A DNA stretch of 64,000 bases from an uncultured Candidatus Saccharibacteria bacterium (GTDB lineage: Bacteria; Patescibacteriota; Minisyncoccia; Phycocordibacterales; UBA6065). The number at the start of each line of letters is the position of its first letter. Position 1 is the stretch's first letter. Shown here one piece after another: positions 55,312-64,000 of the stretch. The notes under the pieces are model-generated. The model was not told the origin of the DNA. It worked only from the letters and a program-made list of their open reading frames with translations, and did not search any database. The position numbers and the translations under genes were made by a program. The stretch lies in assembly GCA_964368835.1 (NCBI GenBank), contig CAYJCZ010000001.1:25481-89480 (forward strand), read 5' to 3'.

Positions 55312-57651
55312 TTAAGATTCTTTGTCTTCACCATCTTCCGCGTCGGCTTTTTTAGGGCCGGGAGCTCCCCCTTCATCAGCACCTGTTGCCCAAGCATCAT
55401 TTTTCTTCTTAGTTGCCTTAGACCTGCTCTTTTTGAGCTCACCAGCGAGACCTGTTCCCCACTCCATCTCTGGCTCACCATTTTTATCCACAATCGGATT
55501 TCCAGCAGGATCCTTCTTCTGTTTACCAGATCCTTCTTTACCAATTATTTTATTTTTAATAATGTTAGCCACCGCATTACCCGCCGTTTTCTTTTCGCTC
55601 AGATCCCCCATGGTTTTTGCGATTTTTAATGACTGCTGAAGTGCCTGTGTCTGATTTCTGGTCTGTATAAATTTGTCTTCGTAATTGGTTATTGCCTTAT
55701 CAAGATCGGCCTCTATCAAACTACCTATTTTGTCAGCCTCCTCGATTTCATCACCTGTTGCCTCTTTCTCAAGATTCATAACATAAAGGTATTTCTCGCT
55801 TGCCTTAAGTGCATTTGCTTGAGCAATATCATTCTGACTAATAAGCTTCTGATGCAATTCACGAAATGCCTTGGCCTGCGAGATAATTTTTATTTTATCT
55901 TTACGGACAGTTCGTTCTCTTTGGACCATAAAGTTTTCTAGGCCTCTTGATGCCTCATCAAAATTTTGGTTGACTCCGTTGTGGTCAGCTGCCATAGCAG
56001 CCTTCTCGAGGTTGTTAACAGGAATATTTGCATCAACCATAAGGTTTGTGATTCCCTGTGCTTCCTTTTGCGCATCTGTCTTCTGTGCTTTTGTATAAAG
56101 ATTACCTGCTTCCGTTCTCAGTTTGTCAGCATTCTTCTGCTGAGCTTTTTTACCTATAGCAATCCAGTTAAAGATACTTGATCTACGTGATTCAGCGTAT
56201 GCCATCTGCTTATCAAGACCATCCTTGTCATCACCAAACTTTGCTGCGTATTCTTTGTCGGCTTTCTCCTGATCCTTGGTCATTTGACTGAATCCACCCT
56301 TACCTCCTGGTTTTCCTACATCAACACCAACTGTTTTTGCGATTGATGCAAAAGGCGCAGCTCCACGTATGTCGAAGCTTGATTCTGCACCCTTGCGTGC
56401 AACAGCAAGGCTGGCTTTACCTCGAATCTGGTTAACACTGCGAGAGAATGCATTACTACCCACTTTACCTGCTGCCATATTCTGAAGATTTTCATTCTGA
56501 GTCATGTTTGCTGCACGGGAACCAATGAATCTTCGTCCACCAAACGCGGTTAAGGCAATACCACTTGATCCAACTCTTGTCATAAAGTTACTTGCACCAC
56601 TTGCAATACCTGAGGCCGCCTTACCCAACTGACCCGCTGAATCTTTAGCAACCTTAAGACAAATAAGGAGCGCACAAATAACAATGATGTACTTAAATAC
56701 CTTTCCCGTGTCGATACCTGCAACAACTGCGGGATTTCCGCTAAAGAATGATGCCCAAACACTGCTTGCCTCCATGTTATTAATAAGTTGAAGGCTTATG
56801 TAAAGCATCAAGAGGTAGACAATTGGAAACGTCACAGCATCTACAAGTTCACCCCACCACTTCTTTGAGTATTCTTCGATTTGTGGGAGAAGACCACCGA
56901 TGAAGCCGATAGGTGATAGAACGAGCAAGAAAATTATTGTCACAGCGCGTGTCATAAATAGTATCGCGGTGTACATAAATACGTACGTAGCAACCAAGAC
57001 TACAATAAGCTTGAGAACTGGAGTAATAATTCCACTATCGTTTAGAGTTTTTGCAAGGAGAGCTGCGTTTCCAGCAGGATCCTCCCAGAGTCTGAAAATC
57101 TCCAGCTTTGACGCAATGAGGGCGCTGATACTAGTGCTGGCTCCATTGGCTTTAAGTGATGCAAGAATTCCGCCGTAGAGCCAATTTCCGAAAATATTAC
57201 TTACATCAACAAATACCTTTGTAAAGTAAAGGCTAAAGTTGATGATTAGGGCCGCGATGATAAGTTGAGTGAGTCTGCGTTTTGTATCAAAGTTACTTAG
57301 ATTAACTATTGTTTGAATTGATATCCAGATGAGCGTAAAGATAAAGAACAGGTTGCAGATGTCACGAATAACTACCCAAGATTGGTTTATAACCGTAAGG
57401 TTTCCGAAAATATACGCGGTACCAAGTGAGAATCTCACCGCATAGTCCAAAATCATACCGGTAAACGCCATCGCTCCAGCCGCCAAAGGCAAAACAATAA
57501 GCTCAAAAAGCTTTCCAATGTAGTAGGTCGGATCTACGAATTTAAGAAGATCAGTAACACCCTGTGCGTGCGTGACGTCAGGTGTTATGAGTAGCAAAGC
57601 CACCAGTGCGCCGATGAAGAGATATGTTTTTTTGTTAAAGAAAGATTTCAT
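55312..57651 (-). CDS. VirB6/TrbL-like polytopic membrane protein with long hydrophilic C-terminal tail
   Basis: A signal peptide is followed by at least 7 TM helices over about 400 aa, then about 380 aa of charged, Lys/Ala/Gly-rich sequence. Confidence 0.5.
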   Translation of the reverse strand: MKSFFNKKTYLFIGALVALLLITPDVTHAQGVTDLLKFVDPTYYIGKLFELIVLPLAAGAMAFTGMILDYAVRFSLGTAYIFGNLTVINQSWVVIRDICNLFFIFTLIWISIQTIVNLSNFDTKRRLTQLIIAALIINFSLYFTKVFVDVSNIFGNWLYGGILASLKANGASTSISALIASKLEIFRLWEDPAGNAALLAKTLNDSGIITPVLKLIVVLVATYVFMYTAILFMTRAVTIIFLLVLSPIGFIGGLLPQIEEYSKKWWGELVDAVTFPIVYLLMLYISLQLINNMEASSVWASFFSGNPAVVAGIDTGKVFKYIIVICALLICLKVAKDSAGQLGKAASGIASGASNFMTRVGSSGIALTAFGGRRFIGSRAANMTQNENLQNMAAGKVGSNAFSRSVNQIRGKASLAVARKGAESSFDIRGAAPFASIAKTVGVDVGKPGGKGGFSQMTKDQEKADKEYAAKFGDDKDGLDKQMAYAESRRSSIFNWIAIGKKAQQKNADKLRTEAGNLYTKAQKTDAQKEAQGITNLMVDANIPVNNLEKAAMAADHNGVNQNFDEASRGLENFMVQRERTVRKDKIKIISQAKAFRELHQKLISQNDIAQANALKASEKYLYVMNLEKEATGDEIEEADKIGSLIEADLDKAITNYEDKFIQTRNQTQALQQSLKIAKTMGDLSEKKTAGNAVANIIKNKIIGKEGSGKQKKDPAGNPIVDKNGEPEMEWGTGLAGELKKSRSKATKKKNDAWATGADEGGAPGPKKADAEDGEDKES

Positions 57652-57654
57652 GGG

Positions 57655-59280
57655 CTATTGGACAACTATTCTATGGTCGTGACGATCTAAAGTATTTCCC
57701 TGCTGGTCGTAGATAACTGTTTGAAGTGTATAGTTTCCAGTAGTTGCACCCACTTTTTTGTCTGCTGTGATCCTGATTGTGAAAGGTGCATTGTCATCCG
57801 TCCAGATGTCACTCCATCCTACCGTTGCCTGAGGTGCAGAATTGACTGGGAAGCTTGCAGAACTGCCGTCCGCTCGCACAAATTCAACGTTGAAGTTTGT
57901 AAATGCTAGAGCAAATGGTACATCTGACATGCTTGCTGTGTCTTTGAATGCTGTGCGCATAAGCAATCCATCGGTTCGATAATTAGTATTCATACTAATT
58001 TCATAGAAGAAAGGATTGCCGTCGTTTACCGCTATAGATGTACCTGGATTGAGTTGTAGATCAAGTGTCTGTGTACCTGTTGGGCCGCCGATTGTAGGAG
58101 TACCTGTTGAACCGCCGCCATTATTGACGTTAACAGGAGGTGGGTTGCTTATTGCGGCATTAACTTCGGCTGTCCCAACTGTAAGACCCGTATTAATTGC
58201 ATTTGAAAGATCGGTGCCGCCAGTTATTACAGTTTGTCGTGCTGCTGCATTGTAGTCTACTGGATCCACAACAGTTTTTCGTGGGCCTCGTGTACCACCC
58301 AAAAGACCGAATGACTTATCCATGATCTGCTTCATAAGTTGGTTTGAGAGCGCATCAAAAACAGCGTTGATGTCGTTTGCAAGACCGATCTGATCAAGAG
58401 GCATGCCGAGGGTTTTGGTTAGTTGCTCTTGAACTATTGCACCCGGTGTCTCAATCGTACAGATTGGATTTGCAAGTTCAGAACCGAGAGTTTGTCCACC
58501 TCCTTCTTTAATGAATCGTGCTGTCGCTTCTGCCTGTGTTTCGCAGTACTTCCAGTTTTTGAATCCCCTGCCCCAATTAAGGTATGTTTTTTCCTTTTCT
58601 TGAACATCAAAAATTCGTTTTGAAATTTCATCCTGCGCAATAGCAAATGCTCCGTACGCATTATTCTGAGGAATTGTTGTAACTTGAATCCAGTTATCCC
58701 ATCCAACACCTCCATTGCTGTCTACAAATCCGTTTACATTACTTATGATGTTGCTCAATGAACACGCTGACCTTTGTCTGTACGGTAGACGGCTTTGAGC
58801 AAGTGCAACACGAAGTTGGAATGAGAATCGAGAACAAAGAAACGGTGCATCTTTTGAAAGGAAATCCCCAATCACATCATCAGCAGCATCACTTAACATG
58901 CCGCTCAGATCCGTTGCAAATCCTGGGTTTCCTTGGAATCCGTTGTTGATCCAGGCAACCGTTTTTTGGGTTATGTCATTTAAAAGTGCCTTGGCCATCT
59001 TTACGACAAGTGGTTTGAAGATGCAATCTTCAACAAAACTTCCAGCCACACTGACTTTTGATGTCGCATCGTTTTCAATAGCAACTCTAGTTATTGCATC
59101 AGCTGCAGCACTGAATCCGAGTGCGGTTGCAATTTGAGCTATGCAAGTAAGAACTTGAGCTTCAGATTTTTTTGGATAGAAAAAGAAACCGCTCGGAATC
59201 AAAAGAGTGATGAGGAGGAATGAAAGTACGGTTTTTTTGCAAAAACGAGAAAGCATTATCTCGAAAAGTATAGAGGTCAA
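57655..59280 (-). CDS. secreted protein (541 aa), hypothetical
   Basis: N-terminal signal/TM; Gly/Thr-rich PPVNVNNGGGSTGTPTIGGPTGT linker. Confidence 0.4.
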   Translation of the reverse strand: MTSILFEIMLSRFCKKTVLSFLLITLLIPSGFFFYPKKSEAQVLTCIAQIATALGFSAAADAITRVAIENDATSKVSVAGSFVEDCIFKPLVVKMAKALLNDITQKTVAWINNGFQGNPGFATDLSGMLSDAADDVIGDFLSKDAPFLCSRFSFQLRVALAQSRLPYRQRSACSLSNIISNVNGFVDSNGGVGWDNWIQVTTIPQNNAYGAFAIAQDEISKRIFDVQEKEKTYLNWGRGFKNWKYCETQAEATARFIKEGGGQTLGSELANPICTIETPGAIVQEQLTKTLGMPLDQIGLANDINAVFDALSNQLMKQIMDKSFGLLGGTRGPRKTVVDPVDYNAAARQTVITGGTDLSNAINTGLTVGTAEVNAAISNPPPVNVNNGGGSTGTPTIGGPTGTQTLDLQLNPGTSIAVNDGNPFFYEISMNTNYRTDGLLMRTAFKDTASMSDVPFALAFTNFNVEFVRADGSSASFPVNSAPQATVGWSDIWTDDNAPFTIRITADKKVGATTGNYTLQTVIYDQQGNTLDRHDHRIVVQ

Positions 59281-59292
59281 GATAATTATACA

Positions 59293-60198
59293 CTACTTTA
59301 GAAAGACGTATCCACTTTCAAGTGAGGAAAACTCTATTCCTCGTGATTTCAAATAGCTTGAAACGATACGCAGCGCAGGATCGAGTGTCTTAAGTCCCTG
59401 ATCATAGCTGAGCATCATCTTTGCTGCAGCTATAGGATCAGAATCAAGAAGTATCATTCCGTGTATACCATCAATAATAGATGAAAGTGAATTAAGGTAT
59501 GCCAAATGTGCTTCTACCAGGTTTTTTGGAACAGGAATTTGTGAGGCTAGTCTTCGGGATTCTTTATATCGAGCTAGATTCTGGGGTAATTTGGCTAGAT
59601 ATGAGGAGTCATCGGTTTCGTATGCTCTATTTACAAGTATAATTTCGTTTTCATAACCACTTGGTACGGGTTGGCTTACGGCAGCCCCCATAGCATTGCC
59701 ATATTCTTTGAGTTCAGATGGTAAATCAGTATCAAGCACAATTATATCGCCTGTTGTATAGGTTTTTTCAAATTCTGGACCTCCGTAATCCTCTAAAATG
59801 AGCTCATTAACAAACTGGAGCGTCGTGTTGTCGTCTAAAACCCCTCCCTGATTCTTAAAAGTGACATATTTTTGGAGAAGTGATCGTGAAAATCGCTCTG
59901 TTGCAGTTAAATTTTCCTCTTTTTCTGCATTAGCCGCATATTTTTCCTGCAAATCAGCTATTTTTTCCTCTGTCGAGCTCGCAGTGTTCTTTTTTAGGGC
60001 ATCTTCCCACTGGGCTATGTCAACTTGGCCATTTTCTATAGCCTTTTTTATGCTTTCTTGGGCAATCAAATCGATTTTTGTCTGAATTGAGTTAGATGGA
60101 GCCTTGTTTGCAGCTTTAAAGTAGATTCCTACTCCTATAATGAGTATTGCGGCTAGTAAAGAGAGACCAATGCTTGAAAAAAGGAATTTGCGAATCAT
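59293..60198 (-). CDS. membrane-anchored protein (301 aa), hypothetical
   Basis: N-terminal TM (FLFSSIGLSLLAAILIIGVGIYF). Confidence 0.4.
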   Translation of the reverse strand: MIRKFLFSSIGLSLLAAILIIGVGIYFKAANKAPSNSIQTKIDLIAQESIKKAIENGQVDIAQWEDALKKNTASSTEEKIADLQEKYAANAEKEENLTATERFSRSLLQKYVTFKNQGGVLDDNTTLQFVNELILEDYGGPEFEKTYTTGDIIVLDTDLPSELKEYGNAMGAAVSQPVPSGYENEIILVNRAYETDDSSYLAKLPQNLARYKESRRLASQIPVPKNLVEAHLAYLNSLSSIIDGIHGMILLDSDPIAAAKMMLSYDQGLKTLDPALRIVSSYLKSRGIEFSSLESGYVFLK

Positions 60199-60270
60199 AT
60201 GTCAAAAGTATATCAAGCTAATTACCTCCTTCATAGGTAAACGTGGACAAGAAAGTGGTATACTAGTCCT

Positions 60271-61014
60271 GTGAGGAGTATTTTTTCTTACATTTTCATA
60301 AGCCTCGTTATCTTTTTTGTACCGATTTTTGGCGTGAAAGCACAAAATATCACCGCCACGTCCTTTTCATATACTCCTCCGACTGTTGTAAGTAAGCCTA
60401 ATCCCCTTTCGAACGCCTCAACCAAGAAGTCTGTAAATATAAAGAGCTCAGCATTGGGCAAAACAGCTGGAGCAACTGCAAATCAGGTAAATCTTCAAGG
60501 ATTTCTTAATAAAGTACGAGCAAACGGCAAAAATATTCCTGAAATAGAAGGAATAGTTAATCAGATTAAGGTTGATGTCGCCACCTCGACAGATTTGACC
60601 GGCCTTTTCCTAAGACAACCAGGGATTATTCCATTTACAGGACAAGTTTCTCAATCGAGCCCATTGAAAGACAGACTTCTTTCGTTTGTTAACTACTTTA
60701 AACCAAAAGAGGCGTCTGCTGTCTCTACTCTTCCCTTTGGCGGCCCTCTTCTCTATTCATATCTATGTACCTGTAGTTACACATGGATTGTTTGGGTAGG
60801 GCCAACCGCAAGCGCAGCAACTTCTAACATGATTTTGGATTATATTCCGTTCTCACAGGCGTTCATGAAATATAACATTCCATATACATCACTCGTTTTG
60901 GGTAAATATAGCCCAAGCTCTTCAATGTGTTACATCTATTATGGATATGGCTGTATTAACCTTCCAATAACGCAAGGTCTCATTACTCCGCAGGTTGGCT
61001 CAAACGTATATTAA
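60271..61014 (+). CDS. secreted Cys-containing protein (247 aa), hypothetical
   Basis: Signal peptide (…IFGVKAQ); C-terminal Cys cluster (YLCTCSY, MCYIYYGYGC). Confidence 0.4.
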   Translation: MRSIFSYIFISLVIFFVPIFGVKAQNITATSFSYTPPTVVSKPNPLSNASTKKSVNIKSSALGKTAGATANQVNLQGFLNKVRANGKNIPEIEGIVNQIKVDVATSTDLTGLFLRQPGIIPFTGQVSQSSPLKDRLLSFVNYFKPKEASAVSTLPFGGPLLYSYLCTCSYTWIVWVGPTASAATSNMILDYIPFSQAFMKYNIPYTSLVLGKYSPSSSMCYIYYGYGCINLPITQGLITPQVGSNVY

Positions 61015-61823
61015 TCCCTCGCAAGCTTCATCCAGACATCTACACCTAACTCTTCTGCACGCGTGTTGGTGCTTAGGTTGAGTTTTTTGAATTTCTCTTC
61101 CAAAAGTTCTTTATCTAAAACGGCCTCAAGATTTGAAATCAACTTTTTTCTTTTTTGAGCGAAACCAGATTTTACGAATTCAAAAAAACGAACCTCCTCT
61201 TCTTTAGTCAAAAATGGATTGCGGATATTTTTTAGCTTTAAAACTGCTGAATCTACGTTAGGAATTGGGAAAAAATTTCCTCGAGACACGTTCATAACAA
61301 GCTCGGGTTCAGCGTACGCCTTTGTAGCAATCGACAAAATACTTTCCTTGCCATCTCGAGCCATAATGCGAGTTGCAACTTCTTTTTGAACCATGATGAC
61401 CATCATCGAAGGTCTACAGCTCGCAGACAGAAGATTCCGCATAAGTGCCCCTGTGATGTAGTACGGAATATTTGCGATTACTTTGTATGTTTGTCCGACA
61501 ATGGTCGCAACTTCTTCGTCTTTGATTTCAAGGATATCTCGATGGAAGAGCTCTAGTTTCCCTTCTTCAATTTCCTTTCTAAATTCCTGTGTCAGATGAG
61601 GAACAAGACGATTATCTTTTTCGACAGCCTTCACAAGCGCTCCGGCGTTTATGAGGGCGCGGGTGAGTACTCCTTTTCCAGGGCCAACCTCAAGCACAAC
61701 TTCCTTTTCTGTAAGTTCACCTGCTCGCACAATGGATTCAACTATACGAGGAGAAATAAGAAAGTTCTGCCCAAGTGATTTCTTTGCAGGGAGGCTGGTT
61801 CGGCTGCGGCGTGGTTTTTCCAT
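61011..61823 (-). CDS. rsmA: 16S rRNA (adenine1518/1519-N6)-dimethyltransferase RsmA/KsgA
   Basis: SLGQNFLISPRIVESIV and SAM motif VLEVGPGKGVLTRAL. Confidence 0.9.
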   Translation of the reverse strand: MEKPRRSRTSLPAKKSLGQNFLISPRIVESIVRAGELTEKEVVLEVGPGKGVLTRALINAGALVKAVEKDNRLVPHLTQEFRKEIEEGKLELFHRDILEIKDEEVATIVGQTYKVIANIPYYITGALMRNLLSASCRPSMMVIMVQKEVATRIMARDGKESILSIATKAYAEPELVMNVSRGNFFPIPNVDSAVLKLKNIRNPFLTKEEEVRFFEFVKSGFAQKRKKLISNLEAVLDKELLEEKFKKLNLSTNTRAEELGVDVWMKLARD

Positions 61824-61831
61824 ATCGGAAA

Positions 61832-63775
61832 CTATATATCAAAATAGATTACTTTGCCTCCTATTCTCTCTCGCACTTCCTCGTCGAGGTATTTTTCAGG
61901 AATATCAAAAATAAATTCTGATGGCACAGTGACTTGGCGTGAACCAAAAATTGTACGGATTGAAGCATGAGAAAGGTAGAGTTTTTTCTTTGCACGAGTG
62001 AGTGCAACATAGAAAAGTCGGCGCTCTTCTTCGTCGTCTCTCTTTCCGCCCTTTGAATCCATTGCCTTATGAGGAAAGAGATCCTGCTCGAGCCCGCTTA
62101 TAAACACATACTCAAACTCTAGTCCTTTTGAAGCATGGATTGTCATGAGTCGTACTGCGGGCGCGTCCTCTTCCATTTCATCTTGGTCGGTAGCAAGCGA
62201 TGCATCCTCCAATAGTTTTGCCGTTCCCTCTCCTGGGATCATAAAGTCATATTTTGTCGCAAGTGTAGCGAGCTCTTTTACGTTTTCGAGTCGTTCGAGA
62301 TCCTCGTCGGTGCCGCTTTGAAACATTTCTTCAAGACCGGTTCGTTTGATAACAAATCGGATGAGGTCAGACGCCTTCTCACTCTGCGATTTTGCGGAGA
62401 TATCATCAAGCATTACATTAAAATCACTCCATTTTTTTGCATGCGTAGGTGTAAGACGATCAAGCATGCCTGAAAATATTTTTGCGATTGTGACCTTTCC
62501 TATGCCACGAGCAGGTACATTAATTACGCGCTCTATGTCAGAGAGTGAATCACGGTTGAGTGCTGCACGAATAAATGACAGCACATCTTTAACTTCTTTT
62601 CTTTCAAAGAATTTCACTCCCAAGACTTGATAACCGACATCTTTTGCGAGCATTGCTTCTTCGAGTGCACGTGATTGGAAGTTTGCTCTGTATAAAACAG
62701 CGATTTGGCTCGGATCAGTACCCTTTTTGATAAGCTCAGCTGATTTTTCAGCTATAAAGCGCGCTTCGTCGTTCTCATCGAATGCAGGATAGACGGTGAT
62801 CTGCTCGCCCAGTCCCTGTCTTGTGAAAAGGTTTTTCTCAAATCGGTTCTTATTCTTTTTGATAATGTGATTGGCAACTTCCAAAATGGTTTGGGTTGAA
62901 CGATAATTCTCCTCGAGTACAACCATTTGCGCTCCCGGGTAGTCTCGTTCAAATGAAAGAATGTTTTTTATGTCAGCACCGCGCCAGCTGTAGATGTTTT
63001 GATCTACATCACCCACCACACAAATATTCTTTCGCTCCCCTGCTATGAGCCGAGCGATCTTGTACTGAACCTTGTTTGTATCCTGGTACTCATCAATGTG
63101 CACATATTTCCAAACATTCTGGTATTTTGTTCGCACTTCGGTATCTTTTTCCAAAAGTTCTGCTGTCTTAAGCAAAAGGTCATCAAAATCGAGCGCCTTT
63201 TCTTTTCTGAGGGCAGCTTCGTACTTTTGCCAGACTTTGTAGACTATATCTCGCATGTAATCGTTGCCGACAGATTCAAAGAACTGAGACATGTTCGTAG
63301 AGTTTCCCTTCTCACGAGAGATAATCGAGAGGATTGTGTTTGGTTCGTATTGTTTAGGATCAAGACCTAGTTCAACCACTGCGTTCTTTACCGCTCGCCT
63401 CGAATCAGAACGATCAAAAATCGTGAAGTGCTTGTTGAGGCCAAACTTGTGCGCATTCTCCTTAATTATGAAAACTCCAAGCGAATGGAAGGTGCTTACA
63501 AACGGTCGCTCGGTAAAACTAATTGGGACGTTTAAATCTTTGTCTTCCTTAAGAAGTTTCAAAACTCTTTCTCGCATTTCCTTTGCTGCCTTGTTGGTAA
63601 ATGTGATCGCGAGCACGCTTGCAGGCAAAACTCCATTCTTGATGAGATGAAGTATTCGAAAAGTTATGGTTTTTGTCTTTCCTGCACCGGCTCCAGCTAA
63701 AATAAGTACCGGTCCTTCGGTTTTTTGGGCGGCTTCACGCTGTCGATCGTTTAAAGTGTCGAGATGATTCACCAA
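61832..63775 (-). CDS. pcrA: ATP-dependent DNA helicase PcrA/UvrD (SF1)
   Basis: LNDRQREAAQKTEGPVLILAGAGAGKTKT (motif I), DEYQDTN (motif II), VGDVDQNIYSWRGA; 647 aa. Confidence 0.9.
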   Translation of the reverse strand: MVNHLDTLNDRQREAAQKTEGPVLILAGAGAGKTKTITFRILHLIKNGVLPASVLAITFTNKAAKEMRERVLKLLKEDKDLNVPISFTERPFVSTFHSLGVFIIKENAHKFGLNKHFTIFDRSDSRRAVKNAVVELGLDPKQYEPNTILSIISREKGNSTNMSQFFESVGNDYMRDIVYKVWQKYEAALRKEKALDFDDLLLKTAELLEKDTEVRTKYQNVWKYVHIDEYQDTNKVQYKIARLIAGERKNICVVGDVDQNIYSWRGADIKNILSFERDYPGAQMVVLEENYRSTQTILEVANHIIKKNKNRFEKNLFTRQGLGEQITVYPAFDENDEARFIAEKSAELIKKGTDPSQIAVLYRANFQSRALEEAMLAKDVGYQVLGVKFFERKEVKDVLSFIRAALNRDSLSDIERVINVPARGIGKVTIAKIFSGMLDRLTPTHAKKWSDFNVMLDDISAKSQSEKASDLIRFVIKRTGLEEMFQSGTDEDLERLENVKELATLATKYDFMIPGEGTAKLLEDASLATDQDEMEEDAPAVRLMTIHASKGLEFEYVFISGLEQDLFPHKAMDSKGGKRDDEEERRLFYVALTRAKKKLYLSHASIRTIFGSRQVTVPSEFIFDIPEKYLDEEVRERIGGKVIYFDI

Positions 63776-64000
63776 GAGATTTTATCACATAACAAGGGGG
63801 ATAAAAATACGGCTCAACATAAGGCTATTTTTGGAAAAATGAGCAAGGGGTCACTCACATAAATGCACTGTGGATACAAGGGGGACAACCCAAGTTGACT
63901 ATACTTTCGGTGTGGGTATAGTTATAGGGCACTGAAATGGCAGATTCACCGAAATATGGCTCAACAGAGCCATATATTCCGAAAATGAAGCAAATACTGG

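Noticed and set aside
1-64000. CRISPR arrays, cas genes, transposases, integrases, restriction-modification genes
   Set aside because: No regularly spaced direct repeats and no recognisable Cas, transposase, integrase or methyltransferase signatures were seen. The only methyltransferases are RNA-directed (KsgA, SpoU).

Overview
Most of this 64-kb window is a gene-dense housekeeping region. Small proteins, bidirectional GC-hairpin/T-run terminators and weak Shine-Dalgarno sites fit a reduced genome of the Candidate Phyla Radiation / Patescibacteria, possibly Saccharibacteria-like (inference).

Main landmarks:
- Chromosomal replication origin. dnaA and dnaN lie on the minus strand, divergent from rpmH-rnpA-yidC on the plus strand. 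The dnaN-dnaA spacer (44918-45146) holds a cluster of DnaA boxes and an AT-rich stretch.
- Aminoacyl-tRNA synthetases: GlyRS, IleRS, ArgRS and TyrRS.
- A thymidylate/pyrimidine gene cluster: dut, tmk, glyA, a ThyX-like gene, dCMP deaminase and a nucleoside deoxyribosyltransferase-like gene.
- The secE-nusG-rplK operon.
- ruvA, ruvB, ruvC and ruvX at four separate positions.
- polA, holA, fpg, recO and pcrA.
- Cell-wall genes: a class A PBP, an Amidase_3 protein and a Mur ligase.
- A lone PilB/GspE ATPase.
- tRNA-Ser(TGA), tRNA-Arg(GCG) and tRNA-Lys(TTT).
- A roughly 13-kb type IV secretion-like membrane cluster at about 47.9-61.0 kb. It has a VirB2-like pilin, a VirB4 ATPase split into two ORFs, a PrgI/VirB3-like protein, a VirB6-like polytopic protein and several secreted proteins.

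The most unusual observations:
1. IleRS carries a complete histidine-phosphatase (PGAM-like, RHGESEAN ... SHG) domain inserted between the catalytic-core WGAPIPVW motif and the KMSKS half.
2. The ThyX-like protein is a tandem duplication of Thy1-like domains whose first domain lacks the canonical RHR motif.
3. A promoter- and terminator-bounded ORF-free transcript of about 310 nt lies upstream of secE.
4. A perfect 17-bp inverted repeat with a minus-strand terminator lies upstream of ruvB.

No CRISPR array, transposase or integrase was seen.
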